Shown piece by piece: positions 16,728 to 27,240 of a stretch of DNA of 64,000 nt. A program made the position numbers and the translations under genes. How positions within the stretch are numbered: position 1 is the stretch's first letter; every line of letters begins with the position of its first letter. Below the pieces are notes generated by a model that saw only the letters and a program-made list of their open reading frames with translations, searched no databases and was not told the origin of the DNA. Source of the stretch: an uncultured Gammaproteobacteria bacterium (lineage in GTDB: Bacteria; Patescibacteriota; Patescibacteriia; UBA1558; S5-K13); assembly GCA_964640635.1 (NCBI GenBank), contig CAZXFD010000002.1:26153-90152 (forward strand), written 5' to 3'.

Positions 16728-19700
16728 TTATTTACTTCCCCTTATTATAACTTCATGCATTGTATCATTTCCCACCATATAGGTATTTGTCTCTTTTGCT
16801 TCAAACTTGACCCCTGTATCTTTACTTAGTTTTTCAAGTTGTTTCATAATTATCTGATATGATGTTTGCTCTCTAAATTGAGCAAATATAGGAATTATAT
16901 TATCTTTTTCAATATAATTTACCTTGTATGCTTCTACAAAAGCTAATATTAATGATCCTCCCGCTCTAGAATTTCCATCTGAAGCAAGATCTGATACATA
17001 TACAATATTTTCCGAATCCTTATCGTCTTTGTCCATTTTACCTTCATAAGCAAGAATATAGCCGTGCATTTTTTTGTCTTCTCCGGTATATTTAAAACTC
17101 ATCTCTGGTCTATTTTTTATCATATTATTAACATCTTTTGCAATGAGGGCATTTTCCATATTATGCAAATATTGAATCAATTTTTGATTATCTTTATATG
17201 CCTTTCCCTCAATATACGCAACCTTTATTGAATCTTGAAATGTAAGACTACTAATACCCCTTGGTAACTTCAATTCTAATCTTTTTAAATTTATTTTTTT
17301 CTTTTCTTGCATACCAGTAACTCTTGATAAAATAATCCCTTCTTTTTCCTCCTTAGATATATCTAACAACATTGATTCACCAAAATTTACATTATCACTA
17401 TAACCAACCGGAGCCTCTGGTACGGTTGTGTTTGCTATTCTATCAAGAGATATATTTGCATCAGTATACCCAAGACCTACTAATACCTTATTTTCATCTA
17501 AATTATATTTTTTTGCGAATCTTCTTATATATTCTTTAAAAAAATTAGCGTATAGAATTTTTAATACCTCTGTATTATTTCTTTGTGATTTAAAATTAGG
17601 TGCAACCTCTATATTATCGCATGTAATTATGCTCTGTTTATCTATTAAAACATCGTCGCTTACAATATCATGCATATGGGCCTCGAATTTATTTAGTTGG
17701 GCCACTACTTCTAATATATTTTTTTCTATATCAATATTTTTTGTAAGGACACTTTGAGCAATAGTTCTCCAATTTTTTTGTTTATTATTATCGCTAGATT
17801 CGGTCAATCTTTGAATAGTAAATAAAGAACATATGGGATTGAATGTGTATACATTACTTTTTCCGCTTCCAAATGGCATACAACAAGAAGTATCATTTCC
17901 AGCAACCACTCCATTAGGGTCTGATTTTAAATTTATTTTTGCACGATACTCTTCAATTATTCTATCATCTTCAAGTCCACTGTTCTGATTATATATTATA
18001 TTTAATATCTGATCCTTAATACTTTCTAATACCTGGGCTTTGTCTTCTTCTATTTTTCCAGACTGAAGATAAGGAACAATATTAATTTTGTTTTCTTTAA
18101 AAATCTTTTGTAGTTCAGAAAATAATTTATCCGGATTTTTTGCTTCCCCTAGCACACCCTCTCTTCTTTTTCCGATTGCTTTTAATATTAATTCGTTTAA
18201 TTCCAAGCTTCCGTATTTACCGCTAGATATCATTAATTTATAATCTATTTCTAAAGGTTCAAATACTTGTAAATTATCATAATCCCCCTCCACAAGAGCA
18301 TCTCTTAAATCATCCGAGGATAAATCTAGGTGTGAAATTACTATATAATTTGATGGCTTTTTTCTATCATGAACCTCTCTTGGTGTATGACTATCTGATA
18401 ACTGCAAAAATCTTCCTGAATTTTTCCAAAACTCCATCACTTTTTGCATTTCAATATTAGGATGAAACGCGAGTTTTTCAATATAATTATATAAATTTAT
18501 TTTTCCAATACTCTTCAACTCTTTTAGCTGATCCAATATTTCTTTTCTATTTAAAATTTGACATAAATCATTATATTTCCTAAGCATTTTCCAAGAAGAA
18601 AATACATCTCCAACGCTTCGTATTTCTTTTAGTAATTTATCTAGAGTTGGCAAACCGTATTCTTTTGCTTGAGACAATGTTTCTTCTAAATTGGAATTAA
18701 TATTGCGAGAAATGCTATTTAATACATGATATGAGCTACCAATTTCATAAACAGCTGTATCATCTTTTATTTGTTTTAATATATTATTATAAAATTCATT
18801 TGCAGATAATCCAGAAACATTGTATAAGTCTATTATTTTCAAAAAATTATGAAGAGCATCATGCTTAGAAATATTGGGCCTTTCAATATAATTGAACATT
18901 TTAGAATAACCAAATATCTTAGCCCCTGTTTCAAAAGGAATTAATATATTTTGTTCATCTATCCAGTTTTCATGTTTTCTTTTCAGTTTGTCAAATATAT
19001 ATTGACTTTTCACCTCACTTCCCATTGTTCTTATCTTATCTAAATCATCTTTAATGAAATAGAGCTCCGATGGTAATAAATTTAAATTCTTTGCATCATC
19101 AAATATGTAATCGCAATCTTTTGAAAAAAATCCATGTCCATTATCAATGCTCTTAAAATAAGATTTTTCAATGCAATAATCTAAATCACCCTTAGATAAA
19201 ACCACATTAAACTCTTCTTTAATTTTTGAGGCTTTATCTATATATAGCAACAAACACCTTATCATACCCTCTTTAGCAGCCTCAATGACAAGCTCTTCTG
19301 ATACATTAAATTTATCTTTTATTAAAATACCTGCATCAAAGTTTCCCTCAGAAAATCTATTTACCATTCCTTCTTTTGCATATTGTTGTATTTTTGAAGA
19401 TGCAATCATTTCATCGCTAATATTATATTTCTCTATTATACTTATTGCATTATAAATCATTCTCGAAGCTACGGAGATTTTCGATATCGCTTGAACTACA
19501 GCATCCAAAATAGTTTCTTCATTTAGATGAAACGTGTCTATTATTTCCTGTACAAAATCACGCCTTAAATCATTCGATAGAGCCCACGCAATTACTTCTT
19601 TTGCGGCATCCGAAACAATTTCTTCATTTACATGAAACCTATTAATTAGCTCTATAGTCTCCTTTATTCCCTTTGTCCGAAGTAAATCTATTACTATTGG

Positions 19701-22493
19701 TAACATTAATTTTTGCGTTTCTTCAGATTCTAATACTTGGGGAGAAACTTTAAATATATCTATAAAAATTAAGGGGTCTTTTGTTTGTGCATTTTTTAAG
19801 CAACATGATAATCCATTTTGGATAGCAGTCTGAAAGTCTTGAGATTCAAAAAATTCATTAGGAAAATTATATTCCCTTTGTATATCAATTGCAGTAAATA
19901 CATCTACTAGGTTACACATTGGGGACAAGAGCGTTATCATTTTTAATTTTATTACATCTTGCACTTCTTGAGACTGCAATATATCACTCGACAAATTAAA
20001 TTCTTTTTTTAATTTTACTAAATTGTGAGTATCTAAATATACTGATGTATTGAGTATTCTAGCCTTAATAGCAAATTGTATTTCTTGGGACTGTAGAATA
20101 TCATCTGACGCTGATAATATTTGTCTTATATGAATTGCTCTATCTATTCTATTATCCGAAAACTCTGCTATTATTGCCGATTTTATAGCATTTATAATTT
20201 CTTGAGACTGCAATACATCCTCTGATACATAAAATTCTTCTTTTATTCTTAATATACCGTTTATATTTTTACTCAATAAAAACTGTAACATACATATTTT
20301 TACAGCGTCCTGCATTTCTTGAGACTGCAATACATCCTCTGATACATAAAATTCCATTTTTATATTTATTGCTTCATCTATGTCTCCGACAGAAATTTGT
20401 CTTATAATTTGTTCTTTGGCGGCTTCTTGAATCTCAGAAAATTTACAAATTCTCTCTACAGATGGTTCACTTTCTACATTATCATTTATTAACTCTTCAT
20501 CAATAAGGCCCTCTGCTTCTACTATAATAGGATCATCTATTACTATAAATCGTTTCTTAATTTTTATTGCTTCATATACTTTTCCTGATGATAAATATTG
20601 TATTATTCCTATTTTTACCGCATCTTGCATTTCTTGAGATTGTAATATCTGAAAAGAGAGATGAAATTTATCTTGTATGTTTATTGCCTCGTATAAGCCT
20701 CCCGATGACAAAAGGTGAATTATTACTAATTTTACACAATCATCCATATCATCTTTTGAAATGCCCACTTTTTCTTGAAGTTCTCTGGCTCTATATAAAT
20801 CTCGATGAGGATATAAAAAGCTACGTATTATTTTTTTTGCAATATTTTGAAAAACTTCTTCTGATATTCTAAGTTTTTCTTTAATTTTTATTGCGCTATC
20901 TATAGAATTATTGTGCATAAGACGTGATATTGCATTTTCTCCAGCATACTGCACTTCCTTAGAAAATAATATTTCATCCGTAATTTGAAATTTTTCAAAA
21001 AACCCAATTACTGTATCTATATAATATGAAGCTTCATTTAATAATCCTATCAATCCAATTTTTACGGCATCCTGCACCTCTTTAGAAAGTATCACCTCGC
21101 TAGAAACTTGAAACTTATCTATAATTTTGATTGTTTCATGTGTAAACTTCTTCGTAAGAGAATTTATTAACCCTTTTTTTATTGCATCATCAATTCCATC
21201 TGTTATTTCTATGTCAGTAGATAATTTAAATACACTTCTTAGTCTAATAACTAAATCTGAATTATAACCACTAGATAAAATATTTATTACATTTTGTTTT
21301 GCAAGCGATTGAAGATCTTCAGATAATATAACCTCCTCTGATATTTGAAATTTTTCTATAATTTGAAGGACTGTATTTACATAATTTGTTGACTTTCCAA
21401 GTAGGCTAATTATTGTTTGTTTTGCTGAATCTTGAATTTCTTTAGACTTTATTACTTCGTCTGGGATTTGAAATCTATTTACAAATTCTACTGCATGATC
21501 GACGCCATATGCACTAGATAACTTATTTGCCATTCCTTTTCTTGCAGCATCTTGAATTTCTTTAGACTTTATTACTTCTTCTGAGATTGGAAATTTTGTT
21601 ATAATTTCTAAAGCTCGAACAATGTTAAAATTCCAATTAGATAAACACATCATTATTGCTTGTTTTGTATATTTTAATATAGAATCTTTAGAGATACTTA
21701 ATTTTTCTAACAACTTCTCCAGATCATCTAAATTACTATAATATAAAGCATTAGCCATACCCTTATCCGCTGCATCTCTGAGCTTTTTAGATGTTAATAT
21801 TTTTTCTGATACATCAAACTCTTCTATAAGTTCTAGAATTTTATTTGCATCAGCCCCTACTGATAACTCGCTTATAATTTTATTAACCACAGCCTTTTGA
21901 ATTTTCTCTAAATATGTATTTTCTTGTATATTAAATTTCTTTTTTAGCTCTATTACACCGTGAACATAGTCCCCTTTACCAGTTTCAAGTGAATCTATAA
22001 TAGATTTTTGCGTGGCCTTTTGCATACTTGACTGTTTTATAACATCTTCTGAAATATTAAATTCTTCTTTAATTTTTATTGCATTTTCTAAATCATTATT
22101 CGACAAACGATTTATTATTTCTTTACTAGCCATGCTCTGTATTTCTTGAGATTCCAATACCTCTGGCGATATATTAAATTTTTCTTTTATATTTAAAGCA
22201 CCCCATATATATCCTTCCGATAAACAGTTTATTATTCCCTTTTTTGCAGCATCCTGAACCATTGGGAAATTAATTAGAGTTTCAGAAAAATTATTTTTTT
22301 CTAATATATCTATGGCATTTTTGTTTTCTCCCCAATCTGATAATTTTGAGATCATTTCTTCTAAATCTTCTTTTTGTTCTTCTGACAAACTTAAATATTC
22401 ATCTAATTCATAGAGGCTTTTAGGCGTATCATCTTTTTCTAAGTTTTTTAATTCTATGTCCTCAATATTTATTTGTTGTGGCTTTTCTAACAT
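16728..22493 (-). CDS. Giant (1,921 aa) cytoplasmic tandem-repeat protein of unknown function; ~25-30 copies of a 39-40-aa helical repeat plus a ~700-aa non-repetitive C-terminal region
   Basis: Repeat consensus roughly F-[NQ]-[IV]-S-E-[ED]-V-[IL]-x-S-[KQ]-E-[IM]-Q-D-A-x-K-x-G-[MI]-[IA]-N-x-L-S. DNA repeats with periods of 117 and 120 bp occur, e.g. 20198-20237 vs 20315-20356. There is no signal peptide. The C-terminal tail has a GNAT-like Rx(x)GG segment, which is weak evidence. Confidence 0.8.
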   Translation of the reverse strand: MLEKPQQINIEDIELKNLEKDDTPKSLYELDEYLSLSEEQKEDLEEMISKLSDWGENKNAIDILEKNNFSETLINFPMVQDAAKKGIINCLSEGYIWGALNIKEKFNISPEVLESQEIQSMASKEIINRLSNNDLENAIKIKEEFNISEDVIKQSSMQKATQKSIIDSLETGKGDYVHGVIELKKKFNIQENTYLEKIQKAVVNKIISELSVGADANKILELIEEFDVSEKILTSKKLRDAADKGMANALYYSNLDDLEKLLEKLSISKDSILKYTKQAIMMCLSNWNFNIVRALEIITKFPISEEVIKSKEIQDAARKGMANKLSSAYGVDHAVEFVNRFQIPDEVIKSKEIQDSAKQTIISLLGKSTNYVNTVLQIIEKFQISEEVILSEDLQSLAKQNVINILSSGYNSDLVIRLRSVFKLSTDIEITDGIDDAIKKGLINSLTKKFTHETIKIIDKFQVSSEVILSKEVQDAVKIGLIGLLNEASYYIDTVIGFFEKFQITDEILFSKEVQYAGENAISRLMHNNSIDSAIKIKEKLRISEEVFQNIAKKIIRSFLYPHRDLYRARELQEKVGISKDDMDDCVKLVIIHLLSSGGLYEAINIQDKFHLSFQILQSQEMQDAVKIGIIQYLSSGKVYEAIKIKKRFIVIDDPIIVEAEGLIDEELINDNVESEPSVERICKFSEIQEAAKEQIIRQISVGDIDEAINIKMEFYVSEDVLQSQEMQDAVKICMLQFLLSKNINGILRIKEEFYVSEDVLQSQEIINAIKSAIIAEFSDNRIDRAIHIRQILSASDDILQSQEIQFAIKARILNTSVYLDTHNLVKLKKEFNLSSDILQSQEVQDVIKLKMITLLSPMCNLVDVFTAIDIQREYNFPNEFFESQDFQTAIQNGLSCCLKNAQTKDPLIFIDIFKVSPQVLESEETQKLMLPIVIDLLRTKGIKETIELINRFHVNEEIVSDAAKEVIAWALSNDLRRDFVQEIIDTFHLNEETILDAVVQAISKISVASRMIYNAISIIEKYNISDEMIASSKIQQYAKEGMVNRFSEGNFDAGILIKDKFNVSEELVIEAAKEGMIRCLLLYIDKASKIKEEFNVVLSKGDLDYCIEKSYFKSIDNGHGFFSKDCDYIFDDAKNLNLLPSELYFIKDDLDKIRTMGSEVKSQYIFDKLKRKHENWIDEQNILIPFETGAKIFGYSKMFNYIERPNISKHDALHNFLKIIDLYNVSGLSANEFYNNILKQIKDDTAVYEIGSSYHVLNSISRNINSNLEETLSQAKEYGLPTLDKLLKEIRSVGDVFSSWKMLRKYNDLCQILNRKEILDQLKELKSIGKINLYNYIEKLAFHPNIEMQKVMEFWKNSGRFLQLSDSHTPREVHDRKKPSNYIVISHLDLSSDDLRDALVEGDYDNLQVFEPLEIDYKLMISSGKYGSLELNELILKAIGKRREGVLGEAKNPDKLFSELQKIFKENKINIVPYLQSGKIEEDKAQVLESIKDQILNIIYNQNSGLEDDRIIEEYRAKINLKSDPNGVVAGNDTSCCMPFGSGKSNVYTFNPICSLFTIQRLTESSDNNKQKNWRTIAQSVLTKNIDIEKNILEVVAQLNKFEAHMHDIVSDDVLIDKQSIITCDNIEVAPNFKSQRNNTEVLKILYANFFKEYIRRFAKKYNLDENKVLVGLGYTDANISLDRIANTTVPEAPVGYSDNVNFGESMLLDISKEEKEGIILSRVTGMQEKKKINLKRLELKLPRGISSLTFQDSIKVAYIEGKAYKDNQKLIQYLHNMENALIAKDVNNMIKNRPEMSFKYTGEDKKMHGYILAYEGKMDKDDKDSENIVYVSDLASDGNSRAGGSLILAFVEAYKVNYIEKDNIIPIFAQFREQTSYQIIMKQLEKLSKDTGVKFEAKETNTYMVGNDTMHEVIIRGSK

Positions 22494-22497
22494 ATAT

Positions 22498-23394
22498 TTA
22501 TAAGTATTTTTTCTTTTTAGGTAATATTTTTAGTTTTGCGCCCACTACAACAAGTCGGACAATAAACCAATTTAAAACAATAAAAAATTGCAAAATTAAA
22601 ATCTGTAATTTACTTTTATGCTTTTTGAAATATACTGATAAGCTTTTATTAAATGTTTTTTGATTTTTTAATATTTTTTCTTGTTTAAAGCTTTCGCCTT
22701 TGTGATGCTTAATAGAGGTAATCGGTGTAAAAATTATATCAAGACCAGCCTCTTTAATTCTTGCACAGAGATCTACTTCTTCAAATAAAAGCCAGTAATC
22801 CTCGTCTAAAAGTCCTCCGACTCGCTCAACAACATCCTTTCTTGTTAGTAAAAATGCACCCATTACTTGTTCTACTTTTTTTTCACTATTATAATCAAAA
22901 TCCAGCATATAATATTTTTTTATAGCTGGAATAAGATATGGAAAAAAATTGTGCAGTTTTAATAACACAAAGATCTGAGATGCTAATGTAGGAAGTCTAC
23001 GGCAAGATGATTGAAGTGTAGAATCACTATTTAATAATTTACATGCCACTGCTCCAATATCAACGCGCGAGTCAAATAACTCAACAAGTTTCTTTAAGCT
23101 TCCATCTTCTATAAATTCTGTGTCTGGATTAAGTAGTAATACATGTTCATGTTTTGATAGTTTATAGCCAATATTATTTGCCTTTGCAAAACCAAGATTC
23201 CCACCTGATTGTATATATCTAGCTTGAGGATATTTACTATTTACCATGTCCTCGCTTCCATCATTTGAGTCATTGTCAATTACAATCACATCTAAATCAA
23301 TGTCAGTATTAAATCTAAACAAAGATTCAAGAGCTTTGTCTAGTAAATCTTTTACTTTATAATTTACGATAATTACAGATATTTGATTCAACAT
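22498..23394 (-). CDS. Glycosyltransferase family 2
   Basis: ISVIIVNYKVKDLL and IVIDNDSNDGS motifs, with a DxD region. Confidence 0.8.
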   Translation of the reverse strand: MLNQISVIIVNYKVKDLLDKALESLFRFNTDIDLDVIVIDNDSNDGSEDMVNSKYPQARYIQSGGNLGFAKANNIGYKLSKHEHVLLLNPDTEFIEDGSLKKLVELFDSRVDIGAVACKLLNSDSTLQSSCRRLPTLASQIFVLLKLHNFFPYLIPAIKKYYMLDFDYNSEKKVEQVMGAFLLTRKDVVERVGGLLDEDYWLLFEEVDLCARIKEAGLDIIFTPITSIKHHKGESFKQEKILKNQKTFNKSLSVYFKKHKSKLQILILQFFIVLNWFIVRLVVVGAKLKILPKKKKYL

Positions 23395-23417
23395 ATTTTA
23401 AGTAATTTGAAATTAAT

Positions 23418-24416
23418 CTACAATCTCTCACACAACTCAATCATCCTATTACTAAATCCCCACTCATTGTCATACCACGCAATAAGTTTTACTAAATTTC
23501 CATCCATTACATTTGTAAGTGACAAATCAAAAATTGATGAGTATGGATTTCCTATAATATCAGATGATACAATTTTATCAGTCGTTGTCATTAGTATTCC
23601 CTTGAATTTTTTATCCTTAGACATCTTTATAAACAATTCATTTATTTTTTCAATACTCGTATTTTCTTTTATCTTTATTGTGACATCAGAAAGTGAACCA
23701 TCGACAACTGGAACTCTTATTGCAAGTCCATCAAATTTTCCCTTGAGCTTTGGAATAGCATTTGTAACAGCTATCGCAGCACCAGTTGAAGTAGGAACAA
23801 TGTTTTGCGCTGCTGCCCTTGCGCGACGTAAGTCGCTATGAGGACCGTCAACAAGATTCTGATCTGCAGTATAAGCATGAACTGTTGTCATAAAAGCTTT
23901 TTCTATTGTAAAATTATCACTCATTATTTTCATAACAGGTGCAATACAATTTGTTGTACAAGATGCTAGATCATATACATCAATTGTTTTCTTAATTTTT
24001 TCATCATTTACACCAAGAACTATTGTCTGAACATTTTCACCTTTTGCAGGAGCTGAAATTATAACTTTTTTTGCCCCAGCTTTCATATGCTTTTGTGCAT
24101 CCTCATACGTTCTAAATATTCCTGTGCACTCTAGTACTATATCAACTTTCAAATCCTTCCATGGTAAAAGCGTAGGATCTTTTTGAGCATAAACTGGATA
24201 TAGTTTTCCATCAACAACAATTCCGTTCTTATTTGATGATACTTTATTCTCAATTCTCTTTTGCGCAGTGTCATACTTTAATAAATGAGCAAGAGTTGCA
24301 CTGTCTGTAAGATCATTGATAGCAACTACTTCAATATTTTTTTTATTTAGTGCGATTCTAAATGCAGCACGACCTATACGACCGAAGCCATTAATTGCTA
24401 TTCTTTTTTTTGCCAT
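23418..24416 (-). CDS. gap: Glyceraldehyde-3-phosphate dehydrogenase
   Basis: INGFGRIGR Rossmann motif and ASCTTNCIAP catalytic-Cys signature. Confidence 0.9.
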   Translation of the reverse strand: MAKKRIAINGFGRIGRAAFRIALNKKNIEVVAINDLTDSATLAHLLKYDTAQKRIENKVSSNKNGIVVDGKLYPVYAQKDPTLLPWKDLKVDIVLECTGIFRTYEDAQKHMKAGAKKVIISAPAKGENVQTIVLGVNDEKIKKTIDVYDLASCTTNCIAPVMKIMSDNFTIEKAFMTTVHAYTADQNLVDGPHSDLRRARAAAQNIVPTSTGAAIAVTNAIPKLKGKFDGLAIRVPVVDGSLSDVTIKIKENTSIEKINELFIKMSKDKKFKGILMTTTDKIVSSDIIGNPYSSIFDLSLTNVMDGNLVKLIAWYDNEWGFSNRMIELCERL

Positions 24417-24572
24417 ATAATTTTATTTTTAATAATTATTTAATTTTATAATAAATTTTTGCCACACTATGTATATCGTCATCCTGAATTTATTTCAGGA
24501 TCTTTAGGTGATTGCCTATAATTAAGAGATTCTGAGATAAACTCAGAATGACAACAAGGCAAAAATTTTTAA

Positions 24573-25139
24573 TTATTTTATCAAACCATACCCAAGTCCA
24601 ATCGCCTTATCATTTAACACTTTTAGCTCTGGTTTCTGCACATATTTACTTTCAAACTTATGGTCAATTGATTTTTGTGCGTCTTTAATATCAACAAACT
24701 CTTTTATTGTTTTGATAATTGCACCCAACACTATCATATTCATAACGCGCTGAGATCCCACTTCTTTTGATAGAGTATCAAATGCAAATCCAGATGAGTT
24801 TTTTATTTTCTTAATTTCTGGATCTTTTATCAAATCAGTATTATAAATTACAATAGAGTCTTTATTTATATAGTCATCTGCACGCTTGAAAGCGCGCTCA
24901 GATAAAATTATCATAATGTCCGCCTTTAAAAATTTTGGGTAATATATATTTTTATTTGCTTCATCCCGCCTTGGCGGGATAAATTGTATATAACCGAGAG
25001 ATACACCACCGCGTTGTTCTACTCCGTAATTTGGCACAAAACTAATTTGATAATTTTTTGTATTTAGTATATCAAGCAAAATTTTACTAATTGTTTGAAC
25101 TCCTTGACCACCCTCACCTGCAATAAGAATTTTTTTCAT
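24573..25139 (-). CDS. 2-oxoacid:ferredoxin oxidoreductase gamma subunit
   Basis: IAGEGGQG N-terminal motif typical of PorG/KorC-type gamma subunits. Confidence 0.8.
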   Translation of the reverse strand: MKKILIAGEGGQGVQTISKILLDILNTKNYQISFVPNYGVEQRGGVSLGYIQFIPPRRDEANKNIYYPKFLKADIMIILSERAFKRADDYINKDSIVIYNTDLIKDPEIKKIKNSSGFAFDTLSKEVGSQRVMNMIVLGAIIKTIKEFVDIKDAQKSIDHKFESKYVQKPELKVLNDKAIGLGYGLIK

Positions 25140-25269
25140 AATATTTTAATTTTATGTTTATTTTAAAATTCTAATATCGAAACTCTAAATTATAAACAAA
25201 TTTCAATATTTAAATTCTAATGTTTCAAATTTACTATTTATTATTTTGAATTTGTTTAGAATTTAATGC

Positions 25270-25998
25270 TTATAATTTCGTGCTTAATTCCCCAATAGGA
25301 TAAAATTCTTTAAGTTTCTTCATAAAATCCAATGTATTTTTAGCATCTGTTTTCCAGTTTGTAGGACAAAATGACAATATTTCAACAAATGAAAATCCCT
25401 TCCCTTGCATCTGAAATTCAATTGCTTTTTTAATAAAACCTTTAAGTTGTATTGGGTTATCAACAGAGCCTCTTGCTATATAAGCAGGCGTTTTAGATGC
25501 ATTAAAAAGCAATTCAGGGCCCTGCAAGAAGTATTCATCTGCACCATGCTGAGTTGTTGCTGTAATCTGCCCCTTAATTGTAGTTGGTGCTTCTTGTCCT
25601 CCTGTCATGCCATAATTTGCATTATTTACAATAATAACAGTAATATTTTCATTTCTTATTCTTGCGCTTATCAAGTGTTGCATTCCTATTGCATATGCAC
25701 CTCCATCTCCCAAATATGCAATTGCAACAATATCTTTTTTTGCTCTCTTTGCACCTGTTACGACTGGTATTGTTCTTCCATGATGGGTTTGAATTGTGTC
25801 AACATTAAAAAAATTCCAAGCCAAAAGTGAGCACCCAATATCTATTCCAAATAAAGTATTATTTTGGATACCGAGCTCATCAATAATAAATCCCAAATTT
25901 TTTAGAATTATAGGATGACCACAACCAGGACAAAAATTATGTGGCTTAGAAGATTTTTTCCAGCATATTGGCCAAGCTAATGTATTTTCTTTATTCAT
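25270..25998 (-). CDS. 2-oxoacid:ferredoxin oxidoreductase beta subunit (TPP-binding)
   Basis: CPGCGH, and GDGG...NNANYGMTGGQ TPP-binding motif. Confidence 0.85.
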   Translation of the reverse strand: MNKENTLAWPICWKKSSKPHNFCPGCGHPIILKNLGFIIDELGIQNNTLFGIDIGCSLLAWNFFNVDTIQTHHGRTIPVVTGAKRAKKDIVAIAYLGDGGAYAIGMQHLISARIRNENITVIIVNNANYGMTGGQEAPTTIKGQITATTQHGADEYFLQGPELLFNASKTPAYIARGSVDNPIQLKGFIKKAIEFQMQGKGFSFVEILSFCPTNWKTDAKNTLDFMKKLKEFYPIGELSTKL

Positions 25999-26075
25999 AA
26001 TAATTATAATTATTTTATAACAATCCCTTTATAAACGTATTTATTGAAATTTTGAAGTTTGAAATTTATTTGTCA

Positions 26076-26146
26076 TTTTTCGCCAGAGGCGAATCAGCCT
26101 TTGGCTGAGAAATTTACCTATCTCGCCAAAGCTTTAGCGAAGGCGG
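26076..26146. repeat. Diverged member of the GC-rich intergenic repeat family (ttttcgccagaggcgaatcagcctttggctgag...gcgaaggcggat)
   Basis: It shares ttttcCGCCAG...GCGgATCAGCCTTTGGCTGAag with the copies at 29013 and 39311 but lacks their central hairpin. It lies between the alpha and beta oxidoreductase genes. Confidence 0.5.
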
Positions 26147-26147
26147 A

Positions 26148-27209
26148 TTATTTGGAATTTTTAATGACTTCTATTATTTCTTCAGATGTTATTCCAAACG
26201 CTGGCTTGTTATAAGTTTTTATAGGAATATTTAATCCATACAGATTTTCTTTTACAAGTTTTAATAATTGATTTTCCGCTGACTCTGTTACAATAATTTG
26301 TTTTATTCCTTTTAATTCTTTCTTTAATGCGTCTACCGGAAATGGATTAAGGGTTATTGGTCTAAACAATTTTACAGATTTTTTCTTAGTGTCTGAAAGC
26401 GCTTGCTTTACAGATGATGCAACTATTCCATGAGCTATTATAAGAGTATCTTTTGCCGACTTGTCATAAGAGAAAACTTCATGCTCGCTTATCTCACTTT
26501 TTATTTTATTCCACTTTTCGATTAAGATTTTATTGTTATCAAAACACTCTTCTTCTACTGAATATGTGTTTCTAAGATTTACATAATTTGATTCTTGGCG
26601 ATTATTTCGTTTGAGGGATTTCAAAACTATTGGTTTACTTATTTCTAATTTTGTAGGCTTTTTTAATTCAACATTTGTTCTAGTCTTTAAAGTATAACCA
26701 TCAGTAAGTACAAAAGTTGGAATCATATAGTGCCATGCTGTATTAAATGCCTTAATTGTATAATCATATAATTCTTTTATGCTTGATGGTGAATAAACAA
26801 TACGATATCCCTCTCCATTTCCACCAAATGCAGTGAGTGTTACTTCTTGCTGAGAATATATTACTGATGCAGTAGATGGCCCTCCACGCTGACCAATAAT
26901 AGCAACTATTGGCAATTGCATTGCTTCAGCCATTGAAAAGGCATCTTGCATTAATATGTTTCCGGGACCAGCTGTTGCCGTAAAAGCTTTGATACCAGTC
27001 AAAATTGCACCTATTGTTGCAAAACCCGCAGACATCTCATCTTCTGTTTGTAAAAAAATTAATTTCTCAGGATTCTTTTCGTAATTTGTATCCCACTCTG
27101 ACATAATTTCTGTTGTTGGTGTAATAGGATAACCAAAAAAAGCACTTACACCTGCATCAAGCGCAGCACGCACAACCACTTCATTTCCTGTTAATAGTTC
27201 TTTTGCCAT
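26148..27209 (-). CDS. 2-oxoacid:ferredoxin oxidoreductase alpha subunit
   Basis: The N-terminal GNEVVVRAALDAGVSAFFGYPITPTTEI matches alpha-subunit signatures. Confidence 0.85.
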   Translation of the reverse strand: MAKELLTGNEVVVRAALDAGVSAFFGYPITPTTEIMSEWDTNYEKNPEKLIFLQTEDEMSAGFATIGAILTGIKAFTATAGPGNILMQDAFSMAEAMQLPIVAIIGQRGGPSTASVIYSQQEVTLTAFGGNGEGYRIVYSPSSIKELYDYTIKAFNTAWHYMIPTFVLTDGYTLKTRTNVELKKPTKLEISKPIVLKSLKRNNRQESNYVNLRNTYSVEEECFDNNKILIEKWNKIKSEISEHEVFSYDKSAKDTLIIAHGIVASSVKQALSDTKKKSVKLFRPITLNPFPVDALKKELKGIKQIIVTESAENQLLKLVKENLYGLNIPIKTYNKPAFGITSEEIIEVIKNSK

Positions 27210-27240
27210 ATATATTTATATAAATTTTAATAAAAAATTT

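Noticed and set aside
16728-22493. C-terminal GNAT acetyltransferase domain in the 1,921-aa repeat protein
   Set aside because: Only a weak Rx(x)GG plus hydrophobic-strand resemblance to GNAT motif A was seen, without motifs C, D or B in recognisable order. It is noted as a possibility but not called as a feature.
24476-24550. Two hairpins (atcctga-atttatt-tcaggat and ttctgag-ataaa-ctcagaa) between gap and the oxidoreductase gamma subunit as intrinsic terminators
   Set aside because: Neither is followed by a T-run on the strand where it would terminate the upstream minus-strand gene. They may be regulatory or processing structures, but I could not support a terminator call.
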